A stretch of 64,000 bases of DNA from an uncultured Candidatus Saccharibacteria bacterium (GTDB taxonomy: Bacteria > Patescibacteriota > Minisyncoccia > Phycocordibacterales > WO2-35-19): assembly GCA_964519145.1 (NCBI GenBank), contig CAZFHL010000001.1, forward strand, positions 682 to 64,681, in the 5' to 3' direction. Positions 8,896 through 18,922 of this stretch are shown here, in pieces (within the stretch, counting starts at the first letter, position 1; the number at the start of each line of letters is the position of its first letter). The position numbers and the translations under genes are program-made. The notes under the pieces are model-generated. The model saw nothing but the letters and a program-made list of their open reading frames with translations. It did no database searches and was not told the origin of the DNA.

Positions 8896-9867
8896 ATGAA
8901 TAAAAAAATATTTATAACTAGACAGATACCAATCATTTGTAAACAAAATTTAGAAAAAGAAGGTTTTGTTGTTGATGTCTATGAAAAAGATGAACAAATA
9001 CAAAAGGACTATCTGGTTGAAGTATTACAAAAGAATCAATATGATGGTTTGATAAGTCTTTTAACTGACGATATAGACTCAGGTGTTTTGTCTGCTTCAG
9101 ATGACTTAAAAATAGTATCAAATTATGCTACAGGTTTTAATAATATAGATCTGAGTTTTGCTAAAGAAAAAAATATTTGTATAACAAATGCTCCTGCTCC
9201 TCTTACAGAAGAAGCTGTGGCTGAATATACCATTACGGCCATTTTAACTTTCTCAAGAAGGTTTTTTGAAGCTGATAAATATATAAGAGAATTAAAATAT
9301 AAAGGATGGTCTCCAAACAATTTTGTCGGTAGATCACTCAAAGGTCAAATAATTGGACTTGTTGGTACAGGAAAAATAGGTAGTATGACCGCTAAGTATG
9401 CACATTTTTTTGGCATGAAAATATATTATTATGATTTAGTTAGAAATTTAGATATTGAAAATAAATTTGAAGCAAAATATTTTGATAATTTACAAGAAAT
9501 GCTAAAAGAGGTCGATGTTGTTAGTTTACATTTACCTTTAAATTCAAAAACACACCATTTAATAAGTAGCGATACTTTTAACCTGATGAAGAAAGATGCG
9601 TTTATAATAAATACAGCTAGAGGCGCTATCATAAACGAAAAAGATTTGGTAAATGCCTTAAAAGAAGAAAAAATAAAAGGAGCAGTGTTAGATGTTTTTG
9701 AATTCGAACCAAATTTTTCTGAGGAATTATTAAAAATGCCAAATGTTATACTTACTCCTCATATAGCTTCTGCAAATGCAGAAACAAGAAATCAAATGGC
9801 TGAGATTGCTTCTAAAAATATAATAGATTTTTTTAGAGGAAATCAGGTTAATAATCTTGCTATATAA
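8896..9867 (+). CDS. D-isomer specific 2-hydroxyacid dehydrogenase (glycerate/hydroxypyruvate reductase-like)
   Basis: NAD-binding motif GLVGTGKIGS. Catalytic R/E/H region (TARG...HIASA). Confidence 0.85.
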   Translation: MNKKIFITRQIPIICKQNLEKEGFVVDVYEKDEQIQKDYLVEVLQKNQYDGLISLLTDDIDSGVLSASDDLKIVSNYATGFNNIDLSFAKEKNICITNAPAPLTEEAVAEYTITAILTFSRRFFEADKYIRELKYKGWSPNNFVGRSLKGQIIGLVGTGKIGSMTAKYAHFFGMKIYYYDLVRNLDIENKFEAKYFDNLQEMLKEVDVVSLHLPLNSKTHHLISSDTFNLMKKDAFIINTARGAIINEKDLVNALKEEKIKGAVLDVFEFEPNFSEELLKMPNVILTPHIASANAETRNQMAEIASKNIIDFFRGNQVNNLAI

Positions 9868-9997
9868 ATAAGAATCAATATTTTTTACACTATAAATCAA
9901 TATTATATAGTTGTCTATGCTTTTTTACACAGGTTTTTATGCTCTAAATTTTCGGCTGATGTGATATTCTCTATATAAAGATTTAATAAATTGATTT

Positions 9998-11677
9998 ATG
10001 AAAAACAATAATCACAAATATATTTTTGTTGTTGGTGGGGTAATGTCTGGTGTTGGTAAAGGGGTGACTACTTCTTCTATTGGAAGGATTTTAAAATCTA
10101 AAGGTTTTAATGTATCTCTTATAAAAGCTGATCCGTATTTAAATGTAGATGCTGGGACAATGAATCCGACTGAACATGGGGAAGTTTTTGTATTGGATTC
10201 TGGACTAGAAACAGATCAAGATATGGGAAATTATGAAAGATTTTTAAATCAATCTCTACCTTCTGAAAATTATATGACCAATGGTATGGTCTTTAAATAT
10301 GTCATAGATAAAGAAAGAGCGCTCGGTTATAAAGGCAAGTGTGTTGAGCCGGTTTATCATATAACAGAAGAGATTTTAAGGAGGATTAAAAAATCTATTG
10401 AAAAAACAGATTCTGAAATTACTATATTTGAAATAGGGGGCACTATTGGTGAGTATCAAAATGCCATCTTTTTAGAAGCAGCTAGGATGCTTAAGCTCAA
10501 ACATCCAAAAGATGTGATGTTTGTTATGGTTTCCTATTTGCCAGTTCCGGGGAAAATAGGTGAGATGAAAACAAAACCAACTCAAAATGCAGTGAGACAA
10601 CTTAATTCTTATGGAATAAATGCAGATATGATTATTGCAAGAAGTGAGATTCCGCTTGATCACAAAAGAAAAGAAAAAATCGCACTCTCTACCGGTGTAC
10701 CAGTCGACAATGTCATTTCAGCACCAGATATAGAAAGTATTTATGATGTACCGATAAATTTTGAAAAAGATGGTCTCTCAGATAGAGTTTTGGAATATTT
10801 TGATTTAAAACCAAGACAAAAAGATTTGGTTGAGTGGAGGGCGATGGTGGCCAAGAGAAAAAATACAAAGAAAAATATTAAAATAGCAGTTGTGGGAAAA
10901 TATTTTGATACAGGAGATTTTGTTCTTTCAGATGCATATATTTCTGTCATTGAAGCTATAAAATTTTCTAGTTTTTCACAAGGAGCTAAACCAGAGTTGA
11001 CTTGGATAAATAGTAAAGATTATGAACTTAATCCAAAAAAAGTATCAGAACTTAAAAATTTTGATGGGGTCATTGTTCCGGGGGGGTTTGGTCAGAGTGG
11101 TATAGAAGGTATTATAATGGCTATAAAATTTGTAAGAGAAAATAAAATTCCATATTTAGGGATTTGTTATGGTATGCAACTTGCTGTTATTGAATATTGT
11201 AGAAATGTTTTAGGACTCAAAGATGCTCACACCAGAGAAGTCAATTCAGAGTCTAAAAACTTGGTTATAGATGTGATGCCAGAGCAGAGAAAGAAAATAG
11301 AGATGGGGGAAATGGGAGGCTCTATGAGACTAGGGAGTTATGACGCTATCGTAAAAGTAGGAACGATAGCTGATTTATCTTATAAAAAATATTTAAAAGA
11401 TGAATATAAAGTAAAAGGGATATTTGGAAATATATCTGAAAGACATAGGCACAGATATGAGGTCAATCCTGAATACATAAAACAAATAGAGAGCGCTGGA
11501 ATGGTTTTTTCTGCTGTATCACCAAAAGGGGATTTAATGGAGATTGCAGAGCTTCCAAAAAAAGCCCATTCATTTTTCCTTGGTTGTCAATTCCACCCAG
11601 AGCTAAAAGCAAGGCCACTCTCTCCACACCCACTTTTCTCTGGATTTGTGGAAGCGATATTGAAGTTAAAGAAATAA
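9998..11677 (+). CDS. pyrG: CTP synthase
   Basis: N-terminal synthetase domain (FVVGGVMSGVGKG). C-terminal glutamine amidotransferase domain (GICYGMQ, HRHRYEVN). Confidence 0.95.
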   Translation: MKNNNHKYIFVVGGVMSGVGKGVTTSSIGRILKSKGFNVSLIKADPYLNVDAGTMNPTEHGEVFVLDSGLETDQDMGNYERFLNQSLPSENYMTNGMVFKYVIDKERALGYKGKCVEPVYHITEEILRRIKKSIEKTDSEITIFEIGGTIGEYQNAIFLEAARMLKLKHPKDVMFVMVSYLPVPGKIGEMKTKPTQNAVRQLNSYGINADMIIARSEIPLDHKRKEKIALSTGVPVDNVISAPDIESIYDVPINFEKDGLSDRVLEYFDLKPRQKDLVEWRAMVAKRKNTKKNIKIAVVGKYFDTGDFVLSDAYISVIEAIKFSSFSQGAKPELTWINSKDYELNPKKVSELKNFDGVIVPGGFGQSGIEGIIMAIKFVRENKIPYLGICYGMQLAVIEYCRNVLGLKDAHTREVNSESKNLVIDVMPEQRKKIEMGEMGGSMRLGSYDAIVKVGTIADLSYKKYLKDEYKVKGIFGNISERHRHRYEVNPEYIKQIESAGMVFSAVSPKGDLMEIAELPKKAHSFFLGCQFHPELKARPLSPHPLFSGFVEAILKLKK

Positions 11678-11727
11678 AACTTTATTTCACTAATTGTTTT
11701 ATATTTGTTATTGTTAGATCGTAATTT

Positions 11728-11798
11728 TGCGAGGTCTGCTAATGGTAGGCAAACGCTCTCTGAAAGCGTGAATCTTGGTTCGATCCCAAGCCTCGCAG
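11728..11798 (+). tRNA. tRNA-Gln (anticodon CTG)
   Basis: Acceptor stem tgcgagg/cctcgca with U1-A72. U8 present. D stem tgct/ggca. Anticodon stem acgct/agcgt with loop ctCTGaa. T arm cttgg-TTCGATC-ccaag. Discriminator G73. No encoded CCA. Confidence 0.8.
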
Positions 11799-11882
11799 CT
11801 AAATCTGGTGTATAAATTTATTTGGAAACTTATTTGATTTTTAATACATAATATGTAAAATATTTATCGGAAGGAGTTTACT

Positions 11883-12236
11883 ATGCTAGAAGTCGGAGAA
11901 AAAATTTCTGGAACTATTGTTCCGTTGTATGTTGCAACCAAAAATTCAGATTCCACCGAAGGTCGTGGCAAAACAATTGATCATTCTTATCATTTGACTG
12001 AGACAGGTGCAATTATTGCTTGTGAGGGTATTGGTGTTAGTGGCACATCTGGAAATGTTGTAAAGAGGATTGCTCTAAAGTTGGAGGACGGTAGATATTA
12101 TTTGTTTGCAAATGAAGGTTGCGATATTGATGTTGTATCAAACGAAAGAGAGTATGATGCCAGATCAATACTCAGAGATAGGGCAATGAAGAAATTAACT
12201 CCTGCTGAAATAGCTGCACTTACTTATCCCGTATAG
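11883..12236 (+). CDS. hypothetical protein
   Basis: Strong SD (ggaaggagtttactATG). 117 aa. No domain recognised. Confidence 0.5.
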   Translation: MLEVGEKISGTIVPLYVATKNSDSTEGRGKTIDHSYHLTETGAIIACEGIGVSGTSGNVVKRIALKLEDGRYYLFANEGCDIDVVSNEREYDARSILRDRAMKKLTPAEIAALTYPV

Positions 12237-12384
12237 TTAATATTTTGATTTAAAAAATTCCAATGCAATTATGCATTGGAATTTTATTTTATATAGATAA
12301 TTGTTATGGGTTCAATCTATTGCTCATATAATATATTATGTTATTATCTTATGCGGATAGATCAGTTTAAGGAGTAAAATAGCT

Positions 12385-12678
12385 ATGTCGGTAAGGGTAA
12401 AGCTCATCAAATTTTTATTAAAGAGACAATTTCTTATTCTTAAAATATTGGCAAATAATAACCATAAAGAAATGTGTGGTCTTGATATTGTAAAAGAATC
12501 TAAAGGAAAATTAAGAAGAGCGAGTATTTATGTATATCTTCAAAATATGAAGGATGAAGGGTTGATTTATAGTAGAAAAGAGAGAATAAATGAAGAAAGG
12601 ATTGAAATTCCAAGGACATTTTATTCGATTACAGAAAAAGGCTACAAAAAACTTCTAGAGTTTAATAATTTAAAATAA
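12385..12678 (+). CDS. putative winged-helix transcriptional regulator (PadR-like)
   Basis: 97 aa. The motif RRASIYVYLQNMKDEGLIYSRKE resembles the PadR/wHTH recognition helix and wing. Confidence 0.35.
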   Translation: MSVRVKLIKFLLKRQFLILKILANNNHKEMCGLDIVKESKGKLRRASIYVYLQNMKDEGLIYSRKERINEERIEIPRTFYSITEKGYKKLLEFNNLK

Positions 12679-12745
12679 AAATATTTTTTAAAAGATCTTT
12701 TTATTATTTATTTGATAAACATGCTGTAGTATTCTATATTTGTGA

Positions 12746-12976
12746 TTGGAGGTCTCTATGAGAGTATTAGAGAATAATAATTACATTGAGATTATTTGTG
12801 TCCGTTGTGGTTCAAAACTTGCAGTTAATGTCGAAGATATAAAATATCATGAAATACATCATCATTGTTCTGCAGAGTTTTATGTTTGCTGTGGAGCTTG
12901 TGGTAGGCGTACTGGTGTAGATTCTAGTCGTATTCCAAAAACTTGGATTAGAAAAATTATTTCTGATGATTTTTAA
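12746..12976 (+). CDS. hypothetical zinc-ribbon protein
   Basis: CVRCGSKL...CCGACGRR Cys pairs. SD ggaggtctctATG. Confidence 0.35.
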   Translation: MEVSMRVLENNNYIEIICVRCGSKLAVNVEDIKYHEIHHHCSAEFYVCCGACGRRTGVDSSRIPKTWIRKIISDDF

Positions 12977-13108
12977 ATTTAAAAAATTTCGGTACAATTG
13001 TGTACCGAAATTTTTATATATTTAAATTACCAATAATAATCTTTAGATAAAATATAAATTGATTTTTATAACTTCAAGTATTAACATCAAATTAGATTTG
13101 AGGAGCTT

Positions 13109-13735
13109 ATGTATAACACATTTGATATAGATTTTACAGGATATATTCTTCGTTATCCAGAAATAGCATCAATGTTGCTAGGAAATACAAGTGGAAAAAT
13201 CTGGATGATTGGCGGTGCAGTTGCAAAAATAATCCTTCATAAAATTGGTCATTCTGATTATCATCCTCCGTTTGATCCTTTCAATTTATACACTCTAGGA
13301 GATTTTCCTGCACGAGATTTTGATTTTATTGTAGAAGAAATCGACAACGATTTTATGGTGACTCGAGATTGGAAAAAGTCTGTTAATACATTTGGAGGTA
13401 TAAAACTTACCAAACAATCTCTTTTTGCAGATCCAAAAGCTGTTGTTGATATATGGAGACTCTGCGATCATGATGCGTGCAGGCGAAATGGGGCAGCACA
13501 TACAATAGGTAATGTTTTAAAACTTGCACCACTTTCAATTCAATCTATTGCAGTTGATTTAGAAGAAGGAAAAATCATGGGTAGAGTAGGGATAGATTCT
13601 ATAAAATCTAAAACAGTAAGAGTAAATAATAAAGAAGAATTTTTATATTATTGTAAAGTCTATAATAAAAATCCAAAATATTTTATTAAACAAAAAGCTT
13701 TAGAGTATGGTTTTACGCCAATTTATGATTATTAA
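13109..13735 (+). CDS. hypothetical protein, possible nucleotidyltransferase-fold
   Basis: The GGAVAK ... DFDFIVEE pattern resembles the polymerase-beta-like NTase motif G[GS]x(n)DxD. Confidence 0.35.
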   Translation: MYNTFDIDFTGYILRYPEIASMLLGNTSGKIWMIGGAVAKIILHKIGHSDYHPPFDPFNLYTLGDFPARDFDFIVEEIDNDFMVTRDWKKSVNTFGGIKLTKQSLFADPKAVVDIWRLCDHDACRRNGAAHTIGNVLKLAPLSIQSIAVDLEEGKIMGRVGIDSIKSKTVRVNNKEEFLYYCKVYNKNPKYFIKQKALEYGFTPIYDY

Positions 13736-13857
13736 AAACCACTTTTTTTGTGAAGTGGTTTTTCGTTTAATATTTATATTAATTTATTTTTATAGTATAA
13801 AAATTGACTTTTTGGTAAAATAATTATATCTTTATATATAGAAGGAAGGAGCTTTAT

Positions 13858-14478
13858 ATGCTTGCAAAAATGGAATTTTTGAAGGCAGCGGAAAATAGGG
13901 AAACTTTTTTTAAGAGAATCTCTTATTTTTTTCCGAAGCTTGATTATCGTTATAAGGCTATTGAAAAAGCTTATAATTCAGCCAAAGATGCATTTCGTGG
14001 AACATTTAGAGATGATGGGGAAACAAGATATTTTGAACATATACGAGCTGTTACTTTAATTATCATTGATTATGTGAGAGTGAAGGATTATGAGGTCATA
14101 GTAGCAGCGCTTTTGCATGATATTGTTGAAGATGTCCCGTCTTGGACAATTGACAGAGTGCGAGCAGAATTTGGTGATAGAGTGGCTCTTCTTGTTGATT
14201 ATATGACAAAACAGCCAAAAGAGGCCTATTCCTCAAAAGAAGAAAGAGATTTGGCTTATCATTCTAGATTTTGTTTTGCTCCAAGAGAATTTTTCTTGAT
14301 CAAACTTCCTGATCGTCTTCACAATATGCTCACTTTGTGGAATTGTACTGATGAAAAAAAGAAAAGAAAGATTGAAGAGACTAAGAGATATTATCTTCCT
14401 TATGCAGAAGAACACTTTATTTTGTACCACGAGCTTCTAGAAGCAATTGAAGCTCTTGAAAGGAAAGAAACATCTTAA
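13858..14478 (+). CDS. HD-domain (p)ppGpp hydrolase-like protein (small alarmone hydrolase / SpoT N-terminal-like)
   Basis: The FEHIRAVTLII...AALLHDIVEDV...FGDRVALLVDYMTK motifs match the RelA/SpoT HD hydrolase core. Confidence 0.65.
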   Translation: MLAKMEFLKAAENRETFFKRISYFFPKLDYRYKAIEKAYNSAKDAFRGTFRDDGETRYFEHIRAVTLIIIDYVRVKDYEVIVAALLHDIVEDVPSWTIDRVRAEFGDRVALLVDYMTKQPKEAYSSKEERDLAYHSRFCFAPREFFLIKLPDRLHNMLTLWNCTDEKKKRKIEETKRYYLPYAEEHFILYHELLEAIEALERKETS

Positions 14479-14485
14479 TAATTAA

Positions 14486-14519
14486 AATAGACTACTTGGT
14501 TTAACCAGTAGTCTATTTT
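14486..14519 (+). terminator. Rho-independent terminator
   Basis: aatagactacttggtt-taa-ccagtagtctatttt. Confidence 0.7.
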
Positions 14520-14595
14520 CATAAATTTTTATAATTATAATTATCTTATTAATATAATATTTCAACACTTTGCATATCATAAAATAAAAATAAAT

Positions 14596-14838
14596 TTGCT
14601 TTATTTATTGAAATATTATAGTATCTATTTGGCGCCACTTCTAGCCTTATTGGGTTTAGTGGTTGGTGTCTTGTATGATGGTAGGGTAGAAAATTATCCC
14701 TTGCATTTAGATTGTTTTGGTAGGGGATTTAAACTATTCACTCATTGTGAAAAAACAATAGTTCTGGTGTTTAGTACTAGCATCGGAACGAAAAACGCTC
14801 TCCTTACTAAAAGGAACCTCAGGTTTGACTGTATCTAA
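14596..14838 (+). CDS. hypothetical small membrane protein; the region may instead be a structured RNA
   Basis: Hydrophobic N-terminus. 14790-14910 contains nested stems (acgctctcc/ggagcgt, ttgac/gtcaa) ending in a strong terminator. Confidence 0.2.
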   Translation: MLYLLKYYSIYLAPLLALLGLVVGVLYDGRVENYPLHLDCFGRGFKLFTHCEKTIVLVFSTSIGTKNALLTKRNLRFDCI

Positions 14839-14880
14839 GGTCAATCAGGAGCGTTAACTCCCCAGTGGAGACAGTCATAA

Positions 14881-14909
14881 GAGCCCCGCCAGTCGGGGCT
14901 CATTTTATT
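14881..14909 (+). terminator. Rho-independent terminator
   Basis: gagcccc-gccagtcg-gggctc followed by attttatttat. Confidence 0.65.
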
Positions 14910-14965
14910 TATATTTTTTTATTAGATTTTTGAAAGATTGATATTTTTGTTATAATTTATATATT

Positions 14966-15742
14966 ATGGAAATTTGGCAAAGTTTTTTTCTCGGTATTGT
15001 TGAAGGTATAACAGAGTTTTTACCAATTTCTTCAACTGCGCATCTTATCTTATTTAGCAAAATTTTGAGAATTGAAGATTCAGATTTTGCAAAAAGTTTT
15101 GATATTATTATTCAATTCGGGGCAATTTTTGCTGTTATTTTTTTATATTATAAAAAGATATTAGATATAAATATTTGGAAAAAGATTTTAGTAGCTTTCT
15201 TGCCTACAGGTATAATTGGGCTTTTGACTTATAGATTTATTAAATCTTATTTTTTTAGCAATCATTTGTTTATAGCCTCCACCTTACTTATTGGAGGATT
15301 AATTTTAATCTTATTTGAAACTTATTATAGAAGGAAAAATATGATAGATAATCAATTTGATCTAAATAGTATTTCATATAAACAATCTTTTATAATTGGA
15401 ATCTTTCAATCTCTTGCTGTTATCCCTGGAGTTTCAAGATCTGCTTCTACAATTGTTGGGGGTTTGATTTTAGGACTCCCAAGAGTTTTGATTGTAGAAT
15501 TTTCTTTTTTATTAGCTATTCCAACCATACTGTCTGCTGTTGGACTCGATTTAATTAAAAATTATAAAATTTTTTCTACTGAACAAGTTTTTATATTGGT
15601 CTTAGGTTTTTTGTCTGCTTTTTTTACTTCAATTTTGTGTATTAACTTTTTATTAAAATTTATTAAGCAAAACGATTTTATTTATTTTGGTATATACAGA
15701 GTGGTTATCGGAATCTTATTTATTGTTTATATTATTTTTTAA
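14966..15742 (+). CDS. uppP: undecaprenyl-diphosphatase
   Basis: Signature GITEFLPISSTAHL. Eight transmembrane helices. Second motif PGVSRSAST. Confidence 0.9.
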   Translation: MEIWQSFFLGIVEGITEFLPISSTAHLILFSKILRIEDSDFAKSFDIIIQFGAIFAVIFLYYKKILDINIWKKILVAFLPTGIIGLLTYRFIKSYFFSNHLFIASTLLIGGLILILFETYYRRKNMIDNQFDLNSISYKQSFIIGIFQSLAVIPGVSRSASTIVGGLILGLPRVLIVEFSFLLAIPTILSAVGLDLIKNYKIFSTEQVFILVLGFLSAFFTSILCINFLLKFIKQNDFIYFGIYRVVIGILFIVYIIF

Positions 15743-16000
15743 ATATAGATATTAAGTCTCTTTTAAAAGTTTTCGCAAGTATAGTTTTGGATAGACTCGC
15801 GACAACTTTTGAAATGGGTCTATTGCTTTTTTTTATTAAAAATAATAAGATATCCCTGTTCATGAGACAAAGATGCTCCGGTAAGGTATCTCTTGTGGAT
15901 ACGGCTAGCGCCAAAATGCTAGCCGTTTTATGTTTTTGCCAAATAGATAATTGAATTATTAATATAATTTATGATATATTAAAAATATAGAAGTTAATTT

Positions 16001-17296
16001 TTGAAATATTATATGCAATACAAGATTAAGAAGATTATGGGCAGAGAAGTTTTAGATTCAAGAGGAAATCCAACAGTTGAAGTAGATTTGTGGTTAGCAA
16101 ATGGTTTTGGTAGAGCTTCTGTGCCGAGTGGCGCTTCTACGGGGAGTCACGAGGCATGTGAATTAAGAGATGGAGATAAAAAAAGATATTTAGGGAAAGG
16201 TGTATTGAAAGCTGTAGAGAATGTGAATAAACTCATATTTTCAAAAATAAAGGGTAAAAATTTCGATCAAGAATCTTTAGATGATTTTTTAATCAAACTT
16301 GATGGTACAAAAAATAAATCAAAATTAGGGGCAAATGCTATTTTGGCAGTTTCTATGGCTTTTGCAAAAGCTGTGGCAAATGAAGAAAAAATACCTTTAT
16401 ATAAATATTTTAAAAATATAAGCAAATCCGGAGCTTTAGCATTGCCTACCCCTCTTATGAATATTTTAAATGGTGGGGCTCATGCAAAAGGTAGTACAGA
16501 TGTTCAAGAATTTATGATTGTCCCTGTCGGAGCGAAGACTTTTAAAGAAGCTTTGAGGTGGGGAGCCGAAGTTTTTCATAGTTTAAAAAAAATATTATCT
16601 AACAAAGGTATGTCTACAACAGTTGGAGATGAAGGTGGGTTTGCTCCAAAACTAGGTAGTAATGAAGATGCACTTTCTTTGGTTGTTGAAGCTATAAAAA
16701 TGGCAGGATTTAAACCTGGTAAAGATATAAAGATTGCTCTCGATGTGGCTGCTACCGAATTTTATAAAGATGGTAAATATAATCTTGAAATAGAAGGCAA
16801 AAATTTGACAACAGATGAAATTATAAATCTCTATGCAGATTGGATTAAAAAATATCCAATAATATCTATTGAAGATGGTTTGGCAGAAGATGATTGGGAA
16901 GGTTATAAAAAATTTACATCAAAGTTTGGCAAGAAAATACAAATAGTGGGAGATGATTTGTTTGTGACAAATATAGAAAGACTTGATATGGGTATAAAAG
17001 AGAAAGCAGGAAATTCTATACTTATAAAATTAAATCAAATCGGTACTGTATCTGAAACAATTAAAGCTGTAAAAATGGCTCATAAAGCAGGTTTTAGTGC
17101 CATAATATCTCATAGATCAGGAGAAACTGAAGATTCTACAATCTCTGATTTGGCTGTTGGTCTTTCTTCTTTACAAATTAAAACTGGATCGATTTCAAGA
17201 AGCGATAGAATTGCAAAATATAATCAATTGTTGAGAATAGAAGAAGAACTTGGCTCAAAAGCTGTTTATAAAGGATTAGGAGCATTTAATATTTAA
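16001..17296 (+). CDS. eno: enolase
   Basis: Full-length enolase with the SHRSGETED motif and substrate-binding residues. Confidence 0.95.
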   Translation: MKYYMQYKIKKIMGREVLDSRGNPTVEVDLWLANGFGRASVPSGASTGSHEACELRDGDKKRYLGKGVLKAVENVNKLIFSKIKGKNFDQESLDDFLIKLDGTKNKSKLGANAILAVSMAFAKAVANEEKIPLYKYFKNISKSGALALPTPLMNILNGGAHAKGSTDVQEFMIVPVGAKTFKEALRWGAEVFHSLKKILSNKGMSTTVGDEGGFAPKLGSNEDALSLVVEAIKMAGFKPGKDIKIALDVAATEFYKDGKYNLEIEGKNLTTDEIINLYADWIKKYPIISIEDGLAEDDWEGYKKFTSKFGKKIQIVGDDLFVTNIERLDMGIKEKAGNSILIKLNQIGTVSETIKAVKMAHKAGFSAIISHRSGETEDSTISDLAVGLSSLQIKTGSISRSDRIAKYNQLLRIEEELGSKAVYKGLGAFNI

Positions 17297-17325
17297 TTTA
17301 ATTAAGATTTAAAAATATAAAAAAT

Positions 17326-17943
17326 ATGATGGGAAAATTATTTTTAGTTAGACATGGAGAATCTGAATATAATAAATTAGGACTTTGGACAGGTCATACT
17401 GATGTCTCTTTGGCAGAAGCTGGATATGAAGAAGCTAGAAAAGCTGGAGAGGTTTTAAAAAATGAAAAAATAGATGTGGCTTATGTATCAGATTTAAAAA
17501 GAACTAAAGAAACTTTTGATGAAATTAAAAAAGTTTGTGGAAAGGATGATTTAGTTTGCCAAGCTGTTGCTTCATTGAAAGAAAGAGATTATGGTATCCA
17601 TACTGGTAAAAATAAATGGCAAGTAAAAGAAGATATTGGAGAAGAAGAATTTCAAAGAATACGAAGAGGTTGGGATGTAAAAATAGAAGGAGGAGAAACA
17701 CTTAAAGATGTTCATGATAGGGTGGTTCCGTACTATAAAGAAGCTATACTCAAAGATCTACAAGAAGGCAAAAATGTTTTGGTGGTTTCTCATGGAAATA
17801 CTTTAAGAGCTTTAATAAAATATCTTGAAAATATAGATGATGCAAAAATATGTGATGTAGAAATGGCTACAGGAGAAGTGCATTGTTGCACAATAGATGA
17901 AAATGGCAAGTCTACTTGCAGAGAAATACTTAAATCAATTTGA
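17326..17943 (+). CDS. gpmA: histidine phosphatase family / 2,3-bisphosphoglycerate-dependent phosphoglycerate mutase-like
   Basis: LVRHGESEYN catalytic His motif. Second His at SHGNTLRAL. Directly downstream of eno. Confidence 0.8.
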   Translation: MMGKLFLVRHGESEYNKLGLWTGHTDVSLAEAGYEEARKAGEVLKNEKIDVAYVSDLKRTKETFDEIKKVCGKDDLVCQAVASLKERDYGIHTGKNKWQVKEDIGEEEFQRIRRGWDVKIEGGETLKDVHDRVVPYYKEAILKDLQEGKNVLVVSHGNTLRALIKYLENIDDAKICDVEMATGEVHCCTIDENGKSTCREILKSI

Positions 17944-18032
17944 TTATCCACTATTTGCCATTGATATTATTTTTATGTAGTGTATAATACACTGTGGAGT
18001 AGTTCAAATTTTACTAAAGAAAAGGAGTTAGA

Positions 18033-18692
18033 ATGAAAGAAAATCTCGCGATTATCCTTTTTGGTCCTAATGGATGCGGAAAGGATACTCAGGCAAAGTT
18101 GCTTGAGGATCTCGGTTTTGTCCATATCAGTACAGGGCAAATTTGCAGGGAATCAAGAGATCCTCAAATACTCGAAACCATAGCAAAAGGTAAGCGTATT
18201 GATGATAGTAAAATGTTAAATTTACTAATCGAACATGAGAGCTTCAACGCCTCTCGTGTCATCATCAATGGGTTTCCTAGGACCAGGTTGCAAGTTGGTA
18301 TGTTGCACAAGGCTCTCAAGAGTAGAGAGATCTTATTTCTCCATCTCAAGACCACAAGAGAGATTGCAGAAATAAGAATTTCTAATAGGTTTAATGATAG
18401 TCAAAAATCTGGCAAAGTCAGGCCAGATGATGGTTTTTCAATTGCTAGAGAAAGATTGGACGACTATTTTAGAGATGAAAGCTTGATCTGTAGAAAAGCT
18501 AGAGAGCTTTGGCATTTTGCTACTGTTCCTAATGATGGCAAGATCAATGATGTCTTTGGTTTGATCAAAAATGCTTTGACTCATCATTTTAATTTAGACC
18601 TGAATCATCATCATGATATGAGTATATTTGAAACAGGCTTTGCGCTCACTCATTTGGCTCGTGTTCGTGATCCAATAAGTATTTTTCATTAA
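18033..18692 (+). CDS. adk: adenylate kinase-like nucleoside monophosphate kinase (divergent P-loop)
   Basis: P-loop GPNGCGKDTQ (canonical GxPGxGKGTQ). NGFPRT motif. LID-like RxxDD region. GC content is slightly higher than that of neighbouring genes. Confidence 0.65.
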   Translation: MKENLAIILFGPNGCGKDTQAKLLEDLGFVHISTGQICRESRDPQILETIAKGKRIDDSKMLNLLIEHESFNASRVIINGFPRTRLQVGMLHKALKSREILFLHLKTTREIAEIRISNRFNDSQKSGKVRPDDGFSIARERLDDYFRDESLICRKARELWHFATVPNDGKINDVFGLIKNALTHHFNLDLNHHHDMSIFETGFALTHLARVRDPISIFH

Positions 18693-18725
18693 CTTTTTCG
18701 TTTATTGATATTTTAGTTTGATTTT

Positions 18726-18754
18726 AAAGCCTCGTCTTGCACGAGGCTTTTTCT
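18726..18754 (+). terminator. Rho-independent terminator
   Basis: aaagcctcgt-cttgc-acgaggcttttt. Confidence 0.75.
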
Positions 18755-18922
18755 ATTGTTATTTTAGTATATGATGTAGCTCAGAGTTTAATTCAGGATT
18801 ATGGTTTGCCAGAAAAGTTATTAGGAATTCAATTTCCAGAGAATAAATAAGAGGTGTTAGAAAATAAAAATAGTTTCGGGTGGCTTAATTCCAGGAATCT
18901 TTTATGTTAATATTTAAATAAT

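Noticed and set aside
7901-9632. Small minus-strand ORFs inside the IMPase-like and 2-hydroxyacid dehydrogenase genes (7901..8083, 8933..9121, 9123..9341, 9429..9632)
   Set aside because: Embedded antisense ORFs with low-complexity translations and no ribosome-binding sites.
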